43,152 nt of DNA from Octopus bimaculoides (taxonomy: Eukaryota), in contig NC_068990.1 in NCBI RefSeq assembly GCF_001194135.2, positions 34,574,740 to 34,617,891 of the forward strand. Reading direction: 5' to 3'. The notes below the pieces were generated by a model. It searched no databases and was not told where the DNA came from. It was given only the letters and a program-made list of their open reading frames with translations. Made by a program: the position numbers and the translations under genes. Shown piece by piece: positions 1-11,891 of this stretch. Positions within the stretch are counted from its first letter, which is position 1, and each line of letters begins with the position of its first letter.

Positions 1-43
<43 letters not shown>

Positions 44-258
44 CACACACACACATATCTGTTTACCAAGTAAGCACTCGCTACAATAATACGTATATTG
101 ATATTGTGCTGGAAATGTCTGTCCATAAAAAAAGAAGCAACAAAAATCTGGTATATTTCATATTGACCTTGTATTAAAATATTCTGCGTAATTACGTGCC
201 AACGTATAGACAGCACAGCTGTTGCCGTTTCGAAATGATGCTGGGATATTTTAACAAA

Positions 259-308
<50 letters not shown>

Positions 309-389
309 CAATTATGTAGAGAAAGAGATTTATTCGCAGATACAGTCAAATTCACGCCAAAGATACGAATACATACGTACATACATACA

Positions 390-425
<36 letters not shown>

Positions 426-596
426 CGTACATACAATGAGGTAAATAAATCTTGGCACATACACATACAGGCTCTTCGACGACACCTTTCAATTCGCGCA
501 AAAGATCATAAACCATACTGATACTGGCACATGCGCACAAGCGTTCGCAGATTGACAGAGGAAAAGTAGCAGAGAAAATAAAGCAAAATGTAGTAA

Positions 597-661
<65 letters not shown>

Positions 662-672
662 GTGTCGATCTG

Positions 673-723
<51 letters not shown>
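1..723. repeat. Microsatellite cluster: (TA)/(CA) 1-56, (CA)n 264-304, (TACA)n 370-419, (TC)n 597-659, (TATC)n 669-723
   Basis: Read directly from the sequence. These explain the ORF-track peptides HTHT, YIHT and LSIY. Confidence 0.98.
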
Positions 724-724
<1 letters not shown>

Positions 725-1404
725 AAAAACTTTATAACCCGATTCCATTCGGTAATTCTAAAAAAAAAAACAAAAAAAAACCAAAAGGGCGATATCCGAA
801 AGATAGAAGCGACAAACATTTTTCAAAATCTGGGTTTTGTTGCCCTAGTAACCACAGGTTTTGAGATGGAGATTTCTAACCTAGTCCAGTCGCTTACTCG
901 CCTCATTTTATACGTCCCTGTAAATTCTCACCGCAATCCGAGCACGACTATTGCCATTGAACCCTGCATAACCACTAAATGTGACACGCAAACATACAAT
1001 TTACGGCCATTTCACTTTTATATATAAAGATTATTTTAGGCCCACGGATATGTGCGAAAGTAGGGACATTATAAAAAGTGTGTACATACTCATGTATAGC
1101 AATGGATATAATATTTAGTTTCAAAACATTGATTAAGAAAAAAAGGTGAATTAAATAAAAAAGGTTCTTTCAACTTGCTCGCGTACAAATATATATTTAA
1201 GCTAGTGTATGTAGGTTCGTGGACTTATATTAGAAAATCTTTTGTGAGGATTTTGATTGGAGATAGCTTAACTTATAGATCATTCCTATAGTACTTGTTT
1301 AGTGTAAGGCAGTAAAAGTCTTTTGTGCATATATTATGGGAATAATTTATAGTGTAGATCGAAGGAGGGAGATTGGTGAGATATTTCCATGTTTAACCGT
1401 TAGA

Positions 1405-1451
<47 letters not shown>

Positions 1452-1999
1452 GACGAAATATATATACATATATGATATATATAAATATACATATATCAAA
1501 AAAGATTTAAAATATATATTTAATATATATTACACACGTACACACACACACACACACTCACACACATACATCTATGCATACACATACCAAATCACACGCA
1601 CATAGGCACTCGTACGCATATTTGCAGTTATATATATTTATATCTGACATAACCAATATATATTTTTTTTCATACAACAGTCCTTTTGGAATATAATGAT
1701 AAATCAGATCGCAACAGTAGAACAATAATTTACCACACACCATACGCAGTGCTCAATGCACAGATCAACACAGACACACACGCGCGCACACACTAATGCA
1801 CACACATCAACACGCACACACGCGCACACACACATCACACAAAGTCTTACGTGCTACATAACATGCCCACTACATACATATCAACATACTGTATATAGTA
1901 CTCAATACACATATATTAGAACGCTTACACTAAGTATTTATTACGCAGTACATCATATATTACAACACAGAACCTATGTTGTGCACAATACTATAGGCA

Positions 2000-2141
2000 C
2001 AGACATTTGCTTCCGAACGGCTTTGTTGCGGGTTCAATCTCACTGCGTGGCAACTTGCGCATGTGTACTGTACTATAGCATTGGGTCGACCAAAGCTTTG
2101 TGAATAGATTTGTTAGATGAAAACTGAAAGATGCCCGTTGT
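2000..2141 (+). mobile_element. SINE family A, 5' half (tRNA-derived head plus CORE-like body), degenerate
   Basis: gcgggttcaatctcactgcgtggcaacttgcgcatgtg...gaccaaagctttgtgaatagatttgttagatgaaaactgaaagatgcccg aligns by eye with the better-preserved copy at 18058-18218 (minus) and the copy at 12538-12640. Confidence 0.8.
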
Positions 2142-2193
2142 GGTGTACACATATACACACATACACACACACACATACATACATACATACATA

Positions 2194-2415
2194 GGTACAC
2201 TGTGTGACCTAGTGGTTAGGCTGCTGCTCTATGCACTCACGATCTAGCGATCGCGGGTTCGATTCCCTGACTAAGCAGCGCGTTGTTATCTTGAGCAAAA
2301 CAGTTCATTTGACGTTGCTGCAAACCCCCTTTCGACCAAGAGGTAATGTCGGCCTACCCACCTGGCCAGCAGGATGGCATCATTTGAAAGCTAAAATAAG
2401 GAAAAAGTGCATTGT

Positions 2416-2418
<3 letters not shown>
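2194..2418 (+). mobile_element. tRNA-derived SINE, family D head with a distinct tail
   Basis: A-box-like tgacctagtggttagg and B-box gggttcgattccc, then ttgagcaaaacagttcatttgacgttgct, which is shared with 36829-37027. Ends in (CA)n. Confidence 0.85.
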
Positions 2419-2464
<46 letters not shown>

Positions 2465-2466
<2 letters not shown>

Positions 2467-2630
2467 CACGTGACCGACCAAAGCTATCAGATGTTGTCAT
2501 CGCTGGTCACAATGCGCTTTTGCCTTGTTTTAGCCTTCAAATGATGCGACCCTGCTGACTAGGTGAGTAGGCCGACACCCCCCTGATCGAAAGTGAGTGG
2601 ACAAACGAAAGAAGGGCGCTCAACACATGT
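2465..2630 (-). mobile_element. SINE 3' fragment, same tail as 2194-2418, inverted
   Basis: The reverse complement of 2506-2577 matches 2347-2418 at 63/72 nt (manual alignment). Confidence 0.85.
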
Positions 2631-2641
2631 ATTAGAAGTTA

Positions 2642-2718
2642 TATGTATGGATCAAAACAGTTTGATTTAAATTCCGTGGAACTTAAAGTTTGAATCCAGC
2701 TGTTTTGATCCACACATA
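2642..2718. repeat. 77-bp imperfect palindrome (possible miniature MITE)
   Basis: Arms 2642-2660 tatgtatggatcaaaacag and 2700-2718 ctgttttgatccacacata are 18/19 complementary. Inner stem tttaaattcc/ggaacttaaa is 9/10. Confidence 0.8.
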
Positions 2719-2744
2719 CACATACGTATTTATTTTTGTGTATG

Positions 2745-2945
2745 TCTCTGTGTTGGTGTTCTTTCCCCACCACTGCTTGACATCGAATGTTGGTTTGTTT
2801 ACGTCTCCATAAGATAGAAGTTCGTCAAAGGAGACTGGTAAAATAAGTACCGGATTTAAACAAAATAATTATTGTGGTAGATTTGTTTGACTAAACGCTT
2901 CATGGCGGTGCTCCAGCAGGGTAGCTGAAACAAATAAAATAGAGG
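2745..2945 (+). mobile_element. SINE family A, 3' half
   Basis: cttgacatcgaatgttggtttgtttacgtctcc...ggcggtgctccagc...gaaacaaataaaa matches the reverse complement of 17804-17990. Confidence 0.85.
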
Positions 2946-2985
2946 ATAAACACGCTACATATGTATTTTACAAGTGAAGGAAATC

Positions 2986-3395
2986 TCGAACGCAGGAGAA
3001 TAACAATGATAACAACCTAGAGGTAAGGGTAAAATATCCTTATAAGCAGACAAAGTAAAAAAAAAAAAAAAAGTGCGCAGTGAGCTGCAGCTGAGAATCG
3101 AACTCTGTACTTTGAAATTCATCTGAGCGGTCTGTACCATTGAGCAAAACGAACGCGGATATCCGAGGGTCTCTTTTATTGTAGTAAATGATAAATTTTG
3201 TAATGTGAGAACATTTACATAAACAAACATTGAAACACCGAGTGAGTGGTATTTTAGAAATGACGCATATCGAACGCAGGAGGATAGCTGTGAAAAACAG
3301 CTTAGAAAAATCGGATAAAATACCCCTTATAGACGGAAAAAAAGTGGCCAGCACGCCGCTACAACGAATCGGACTCTGTACTTCTCAAATTCCGA
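2986..3395. repeat. Degenerate direct duplication, period about 270-285 bp
   Basis: tcgaacgcaggag occurs at 2986 and 3270. aaatatccttata matches aaataccccttata. gaatcgaactctgtactt (3095) matches gaatcggactctgtactt (3366). Confidence 0.7.
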
Positions 3396-4448
3396 CGGAA
3401 TACTACATAAGTATTGCATATTTATTACTCAGTGCACATGCATTACAGCTCACCTCATTTATCATACAAAATACTCTAAACAAATTCAGCGTCAAGTTAA
3501 GACTATGCCACATACAAACATTCACAAATACCCATCACTACCACCACCACCATTAACACTCCACACGACATTTGAATTATACAGTACGCCATATACTATG
3601 GTGTGATGTGATTGGCACAGCAAGCGTATTAATGGTACAGAGTTTATTTTCTTCTATTTAGATGAAATATTAAATAAGTTTTGTTCGTTAAAATGTTCAT
3701 TTGTCATTCTCACACACATTCGTACAGACACACACTCACACATGTACGCACACAAATACCAAATACACATATACCCAAAGAGTTAATTTGGGCAGTAGAA
3801 GTTTAAGGTAATGAATATCAAATATCTTGCTCGAAGCACCAAGGTGGCAAAAAATAGAAGACTAATATAATATCAAGTACTGGAGATAACTTTGTACATA
3901 CTTCGCCCTTATTGGATCTCATTGGCAGTATTGTAGAAGTAGTGTAATTTTCGCATTAAACAAATACAGTAACACCACAGAAATGCCATCTCTATGGCTC
4001 TGCTCCGCCAATGTGATTGAAATATGCTCGAAGTATGTCTTAACTTGTCTCCATGATTAAAATAATATTAGTTATCAGTTTAATACTACTTCAAGGTGAG
4101 GATAGAAAGGAAAACCTTTCTTCCATAGGTTTAGATATATTACTAAGAGTCCGCGATATAATGTCGAACAGGTACGAGTTAGAGGCAAAGAGAGTGACTC
4201 ACTAAGATGTACAAGGACAGCCAGTTAGCAGAAAAATATGAAAACATGCAAGACTATTATTGCTATGTTAATTCCAACGATGGAACCTTTCCTCGTTGTT
4301 AGAAACTAGCTCATTTTCTATAAGAAGAATTCAAATAATTAATAGGGAAAGATAAAAACCGCTCCTCTATGTGTGTGTATACATACACGCATGCACACAT
4401 ATACATACAAGCGTACGTACACACACACGCACACACTTATATATATGC

Positions 4449-4490
<42 letters not shown>

Positions 4491-4999
4491 NNNNNNNNNN
4501 TATATGCCTACCTACACACACGTATACTAGATGCATGCCTAGATGCATGCATACATAGACACATAAATGCATAAGACGAATAACATGCATTCCCCGCGCA
4601 AATTTCTTTGCTTAATTTATTCCTTACAATGTAACAAACATATGAATTATTCCTCAGTCAGAATTCCAAGACTCCAAAGAAATGAATATTATTTAATATT
4701 GAGTAAATAGAAAGAAACAGTAACGGAGCAAAGAAGAATATCTCTAATGATCATATATATCTAATGATCAAACATAATATAGCATAACACGTATGTGTGT
4801 ATGTGTGTGTGTGCGCCCGCGCGCGGGGTGGTGGTGGTTTTAAAAAAGAACAGCAGAAAAACAGAAGAGAGAAACAGTAAAATAGGAACGAAAAGGAACA
4901 TTGCCACGTGAGCGCATTTTTCTTATCTAATTACAAATCATTATTCACACATCCGCACAAAAAGTATGAATGGCTAACGTTGGTCCTTGAAAACCTTAC

Positions 5000-5040
<41 letters not shown>

Positions 5041-5330
5041 CCTATATTACATTTTATATATATTCATTCTTTATACATTCGTCATATATATGATATAAGT
5101 ATAACCTAAAAAATAATAGAAAAGAGTGTATCTAAATATGCATTATATGTATCTATATGTTTGTCTAATCATACCTCCTTGTCTCTATATGTAATTATAT
5201 GTATTTATATATACTTACATAGATAGATACATACACACACACACACACACACATATACATATGTGTGTGTGAGTGTCTGTGTGCGTGTATATAAGCATAT
5301 ACTGTATAATTACGTATGTATGTGCACATA

Positions 5331-5790
5331 CAGGAAGTGGTGAATATATTGTCGTCTAAATTACGCAAAAATGAAAGTAATACAGACATCTCATTTTAAC
5401 AGATATATTTACGAAACTTATATCAAAATATCTTGAAATCCTAACAGTAACTTTATTCAATAAAATCACCACTGGCTTGAACCGCGGTCTCCAGACGACT
5501 TCGGAATCGCTTGCAAGTCTTCTGGACGTTCCCTTTGTTTAAGTTGGTTGATTGTGCCATAATCTTTGCCTTCAGTTCATCTTTGGTGTCTTACTCAACT
5601 GTGCCCCACACATAATAATCACAGGGGTGGCAGTCTGGGGCGTTATATTGCCAGATATTAGTGGGGATGTGATAGCAGAAATTGTCTGACAGCCCTAACT
5701 GGGTTCTCCTGCTTGTGTGGCATGATGCAGAGTCCTGTTGTTAGACATGGGGTCTTCCAGCAGTAATGACAGCCTTTGAGAATGAGGAGG
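5331..5790 (-). mobile_element. DD37D (maT-family) Tc1/mariner transposon remnant: transposase C-terminus plus 3' terminus
   Basis: Manual translation of 5770->5453 gives VITAGRPHV*QQDSASCHTSRRTQLGLSDNFCYHIPTNIWQYNAPDCHPCDYYVWGTVE*DTKDELKAKIMAQSTNLNKGNVQKTCKRFRSRLETAVQASGDFIE*. There are 37 residues between the QQD and PCD aspartates and two in-frame stops. The terminus TA|CAGG lies at 5329-5334. Confidence 0.9.
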
Positions 5791-6096
5791 GTGAAAAAGA
5801 AAGACAGAAATAAAGAGAAGGTATTGTGAGAAACTGACATAGAAGAATATCAGGATGTTTAGGAAAGGAAAATATATCTACATTGGAAAATATACGTGTG
5901 TGCGCGCCCTGACACACATACACACGTAAATACACATACATACACACGTAAAGACTCGTGCGAGCACATACACACACGCACGCGCACACACATATTCACA
6001 CAGACGCGCGCGCGCACTTGCTGGCAACAAAAAGCAGTCATCTGAAGTATTCTAAACAGAAACTCCAACTAGAGACGGAGTTAATCTCAGCTACTA

Positions 6097-6166
<70 letters not shown>

Positions 6167-6299
6167 TTATTTACACACACGCACGCACACACGCACACAC
6201 ACACACACACACATACACACACACACACACACAGAAGTAAGAAAATATCAAATGATATATAGTATAATAGGTAATACAATAAGCGCGTAGTATCTGAAC

Positions 6300-7320
6300 C
6301 CCGACGTTAAGTGGAGGGATATATATCTTGTAGAAATAAGAGCTGGCTTCAGGGAATGTAGTATCCAAATGATGTAAATATAATAGAAAAAACTAAAACG
6401 TGAAGAGTTACGTTAAGCTAGGTTTCACGTACCACTTACACTGTGTGACTTCACATACAGTATATTGTACAAACGTACCTCATCTATACTCGTATGTAGG
6501 AACAATGCTTAGGAAAGCTAATGTAGTTTAGGAGAGGTATGAAATAATAACTGACACAGATCTCTCCCCAAGGGAGCATTGGTAAAATCTATTTATCAGA
6601 AGAGCGAAAAAATGATCATCTCACTGATAAAGAAGCCATAGAAAATAATGAATCAAGTCAAAAGCTTGGCATGGAGTACCGACATGTTTGTGACATAATT
6701 CGAAGGCTACCTCCATGCAGTTCAAGAACAAGAGTACCTACAGCATAAAAGGTAAAAAACAAACAAACAAACATTGACTGACTGTGGAAGACCAAAGAAT
6801 ATCTTCCAGATATTTTCTTCCCGTGAAGCATGATGCGGTGGCCAGAACAGTCTGGAACAAGATAACAAAATAGAAAACACCTTTGGACGAAGTTAACTAT
6901 ATTCAGACCAATGGGTGAAAAAAAAATATTGATGGAACGTAAAAATTAAGATAGCTACCAGATTAAAAAAACTAACTAGATATTGTTACATGGAACCACA
7001 AAAATATGCTGTTGTAGGAATTAGTCACCTTCTGGACATCAATGCGATTTAAAATGTACAAGAGAAAGAGGACATCTATGGACCATTGATAAAGAGTTTT
7101 CTAATTCAGTATCCATGATACACACTTTCAGCTTCGTAACTACTTTTATTGGAGCAACGGGAAAGATACCGAACCCTTTGGAGCAGAATATAGCTGAACT
7201 TGGGTTCGTGGGGAGAGAACGCAAATTCTTAATTCATATGTTGCAAATGATCACGATATCTGTGACTATAACATTCTGCAAAACCTTTCTAAGATGAACG
7301 ATGATGAACAAAACAAGATG
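6300..7320 (+). mobile_element. Decayed RLE-type (R4/Dong-like) non-LTR retrotransposon, 3' part of ORF
   Basis: Frameshifted motifs SLAWSTDMFVT*FEGYLHAVQEQE (~6660-6734), RYFLPVKHDAVARTVWNKI (6808-6865), WNVKIKIATRL..DIVTWNH, and C-terminal FIGATGKIP...LQMITISVTITFCKTFLR* (ORF 7115-7297). The boundary upstream of ~6640 is uncertain. Confidence 0.8.
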
Positions 7321-8834
7321 CTTTCTTTCACAACCACGCTTCCAATCAGGTGACCGGTGGAAATTTACTCTGAATTAAAAAAAGGAGAACACACACGCAC
7401 GCACGCACACACACACACGCACATATATATACACACACATACATACATACACAACACTTACACATACACACACATATCCATACATACATATGCATACGTG
7501 CATACATACATCATCACATGTATGTTTGTAAGATGTGTATGTATGTATGTGTGTACGTATGTGTGTGAGTGTGTAGGTGTGAGCGTGCGTGTGTCTAACT
7601 GTCTCTCTTTTCTCTGACTATTTATATATACATATATAAGTATTTACTTCAACACACACCTTCATGTGAAACATATTGTACTTAAAAACATGTAAACATT
7701 CCAATGTACACATGTATACAAGTACACACACGCTTACAGTGATTTATTCATACGTACATACATAGATGTTTTCACGTATATATGTATATATGTAAATATA
7801 TATACATACACACATACATATGTATATATATATATATATATATATATNNNNNNNNNNNNNNNNNNNNNNNNNNNNNNNNNNNNNNNNNNNNNNNNNNNNN
7901 NNNNNNNNNNNNNNNNNNNNNNNNNNNNNNNNNNCACATACCTAAATGCTCAGCGCATATGTACACACGCACTATCAATAATGGAGAAGTTGTGCGATGA
8001 TGATGTGATTTCAAAAGAAAATTTCTAAAAAAAAAAGGTTCGTAAATAAAAATGAACGAAATAATTATTAGGTTTTTACCCAAATTACATTTTGTATCGA
8101 TCAGGCTGAAATCAATTGAAATCTTCCCTCTCCCTAAAATGACAACACACGCACACACACGCACGCACGCACGCACACACACAAATACATGCCCGAATGC
8201 ATACATACACATGTATATACATACATACGTACATGTAAATGTATTTATTATGTATATATGTATATACATATATAATATAGAAATTACAATGAAACTAACA
8301 AAAACAAATCAAATAATTATAACCCTCAAAAATTAAACAGAAAGGGAATAATATGCACAAAGTGAAATAAAAGTGATAATTAGATAAGTGACGAAATGTT
8401 TTCCAGTTGTGAACATTTTCTGTGGTGTCATTGTTTATTTTTGTATTGTCTTTGTTTTTTTCTTTTTTGTTCTTTTTTGGTTTGTTTCGGTCTTTTATTG
8501 TCAGTACAAGACTTTTGTCGAAATTAAAGTGTTAACAAATAACTTCCTGCTTCGTTTGGAATTCTGTGGAAGACTTGAAGAATTTGATGAATCTGTTATG
8601 TTCAATATAAATGGAAATATTTGCGGAATGATAAGAACGCCAATTGGGTAGACACAGGAGTGGCACCGATTTAACTTCTTTAGAATTTCTAATTTCCTTT
8701 CAGTATGTTTTCAATAAACATCCTATTCAACACCATTTTGAATTCTCTTTTTTCCCCCCTTTTTTTTTGTTTTTGTTGAGCGCTGAAATTCTTGAGAAAT
8801 GATGATACAGTCAGTCTATCTATTTATTTTCTTC

Positions 8835-8950
8835 CCGGTCTCTGGACAGGCTAGCAATAATAGCTAAAACGTCTCCAAAGAACTTCACCTACATGTCTTA
8901 GGAAAAGAAAAGGACAGGCTAGATAATGCAGTTCTAGATGAACAGTAAGG
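8835..8950 (+). mobile_element. Repeat family E fragment (retroposon 3'-tail-like)
   Basis: ggtctctggacaggctagcaataatagctaaaacgtctcc...gataatgcagttctagat resembles 31705-31885. Confidence 0.55.
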
Positions 8951-9876
8951 CTCGAAGCAAATACAGCTATAGATAGTAGTGGGTAAATATTAAATTAAAA
9001 TTATTTGGGAAAGAAAAAGTAGAAGGTTGTCCGTGGGGAACGAACCCGCTTCTTCTGTAAATATAACAGTCGCTGTTTTTTTTTAACCGAGATTTATTTA
9101 CAGCTTTATTTGTATTTGTATTAAAACTTTTGTTTAAGGCTTCACTGTTTTGAGTGTCACCGTTAAAAAAGAATGTTTCACGATCTCTCGCGAGGTTTCG
9201 AAATTCTTATGATGTCAACAGCATCTTTGAATGTCTTTGGTTGTAGGTCTGCTAGATGAGCTGAGAACTAAACAACCACACCCATTTAAAGCTACCAGCA
9301 GGTTCCATGTGTCCATTCATAAGAAGTCATTAAGTAAAAGATATGGAATGATAGCAGATGAAAAATACACCATATCAAAAAAAAAAAAAAAGTAACATAT
9401 AAATAAATAAACAAAGAAACTCTGAACTAATTATTTTTCTATTCTTACTTCTATGTTCTGAATTGAAACTCTAATGTCAAATTTTGTCTTCTATTCATAC
9501 GACGTGTATATGGCTGAATCATTTAACTTTGCTAAATGATGTCCAAATAAAGTGTACCAACATACTGATGAGCTTCTAAAGCCAAACACAGCTTTAGTGT
9601 TATAGTAATTATTACTCACACTCTGGTCTCGATGTTAAATTCTCAATTTGCCGAGGTTGTACCGATAATTCAAATGACTTAGTTTCATAAGCTTCGTTCC
9701 ACACCCCTTTGTGCAGGTGTTATAAACTATTATGTGAAAATAACTGCGAAAATAGAAAATCACTATAGATATTATTTTTTCAGTACAGTACAAAACAACA
9801 CTAATTGTACCTATTTGGATATTCATTAATATATGTTGATTATATATCTACGCACACATACACAAGCACACACAAA

Positions 9877-9923
<47 letters not shown>

Positions 9924-9928
<5 letters not shown>

Positions 9929-9979
9929 CAAAAACATATATCTTATGTATTTCATACAAAAACATATATCTTATGTATT
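9924..9979. repeat. Perfect 28-bp tandem duplication next to (CT)n
   Basis: tcatacaaaaacatatatcttatgtatt occurs twice. Confidence 0.95.
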
Positions 9980-11281
9980 TCAGCTGATAACTCTGAGTGA
10001 CCGCACAATGACTGGAAGCAATGCAAGTTGACGTCCAGGCCTTGTGCTCGCAACGAACGAGCGATATGCATACTTTCTTATGTCCATAAACGCATACGTA
10101 CACACACATATGTACATACACATACTGTACACATACACACACATACTGTACATACACATACATACGCACACAAACATATAGCTTGTATTTTATTGTCATA
10201 TACCAAGATCAACCTTCACAAGAAGCTAAGATAATGTTGAAATTTACTCTCATTGAATTTCAGTGATAAAGGTAGAATTGAGCAAAATGTGTAACATGCT
10301 AAAATTTTGACTGTGAAGACTGTATTGTCAGGAAGTGCGGTAGTGGTGCTCACATAGTGGAGCTTACTAACACGCTGGTGTCGTCAAAAATGCCGATGAT
10401 TTTATTGATACTACAAAATGGCGCCTCAGAACAATGAGAGAAAATTTGCAGTTTCATTTTGATTAAAATACCAGTTACTTCATAGTTCACCTGTATTTAT
10501 CTTCTCTGTCACTCCCTCCAATTCAATTGTTTTAGTTTCACTCTCAACCGGCTTTGACCGAATTGTAGAACCCATTGTGTTTTATTATATTGAAGATAAC
10601 GAAGCCAACTTTGGTTGCTATTGCTTTTGCTTCTCGGTATTTCTATTAGCTTCCATTAACTCAATGACAACAGTTCCATAATGTGCCATGGGCTCTCTAT
10701 TTCGGTTTACATCTTCTATGAATCGTTAATTCTTTAAGGAATGATAACTGCAACACCCATACACATCATGTCTATAAAAGACATGATGTAGTGATGTGTA
10801 ATAGAAAGACGGGTAGCTCCAACATAATAAAATAAATAAATAAACCATGAAGGAAAATGGAAAACGTTAATCAGGAGAGATTCTTGAGGGTATTAGACAA
10901 TTTCGGTTGCAGTCATTTGTAATTATATATAACATCTGTTAAAACATCTGCAAATTGTCTGTAATCCTCTCGCTATTCGTTATAATTTGAAAGGCGAAAG
11001 ATTAGAAATAGTTATATAAATGTGTATACGGTGTGAATATAAGCATGAAAGATGTATGTAAAGTGTCTAAAGTAAGTCTTGGAATGGTGTGCTACAAATC
11101 AGAAATTATGTAGAACTAAGCAGTGAATTTTCGTATGTCAGTTTTATTTCTTTTGTTTAAAGGGATAAAGTACTTTTTTTTTATTGAATATTTCTTACAT
11201 ACCAGCTTGATTATTTTGCTTTAATATCAAGAATAAGGCCTAGAGACATGAACAACAATGAAGATACTGCGATGAAGATAC

Positions 11282-11357
11282 ACATATATGGTAGGATCTT
11301 ACATATATGGTAGGATCTTACATATATGGTAGGATCTTACATATATGGTAAGATCTT
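11282..11357. repeat. 19-bp minisatellite, 4 copies
   Basis: acatatatggtaggatctt three times perfectly, plus one copy with a single substitution. Confidence 0.97.
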
Positions 11358-11676
11358 AAGCTTATAAGTTGAATAATTTTCAATTAACTAAGAGTATCCA
11401 TGCTATTAGTTGCAAAAAAAAAAANNNNNNNNNNNNNNNNNNNNNNNNNNNNNNNNNNNNNNNNNNNNNNNNNNNNNNNNNNNNNNNNNNNNNNNNNNNN
11501 NNNNNNNNNNNNNNNNNNNNNNNNNNNNNNNNNNNNNNNNNNNNNNNNNNNNNNNNNNNNNNNNNNNNAGTTAACACCATTGCTTGTTTTTCTTCTTTTT
11601 TTTTTTTAGATTTTAAACACTTTTAGAGAGATTTTGTCCATTAATTGCATAGACAACTGAGTTTTATTAAGCTAAT

Positions 11677-11891
11677 GGCAGCGAACTACTAGAATCGTTA
11701 GCGAGTCGGACAAAATGCTTGGTGGTATTTCTTCTAGCTCTTTACATCTTCTGGGTTCAAATTCTACCGAGGTTGACTTTGCTTTTTATCCCTTTCTGGG
11801 TCGATAAACAAAGTATTATTTGAAGTCAATAGAATTAGCTAACTACCTCACATAAAGTTGTTAGCTTTGTGCCAAAATTGCAAACAATATT
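11677..11891 (+). mobile_element. tRNA-derived SINE family B
   Basis: agaatcgttagcgagtcggacaaaatgctt...gggttcaaattctaccgaggttgactttgc...ttgtgccaaaattgcaaacaatatt, homologous to 22856-23080 and 26629-26850. Confidence 0.85.

Noticed and set aside
662-1027. 121-aa ORF
   Set aside because: It starts in (TATC)n and the remainder has no recognisable motif or splice context.
7305-7375. C/D snoRNA candidate (ATGATGA ... CTGA)
   Set aside because: There is no terminal stem or recognisable rRNA guide, and it overlaps the retrotransposon 3' tail.
9030-9090. tRNA-like 3' half on the minus strand (gcgggttcgttcccc)
   Set aside because: Only a B-box-like motif, with no A box or cloverleaf. It is too degenerate to call.
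11282-11357. CRISPR-like direct repeats (also 30440-30745 and 26887-26926)
   Set aside because: The units are head-to-tail without unique spacers, there are no cas genes, and the context is eukaryotic.
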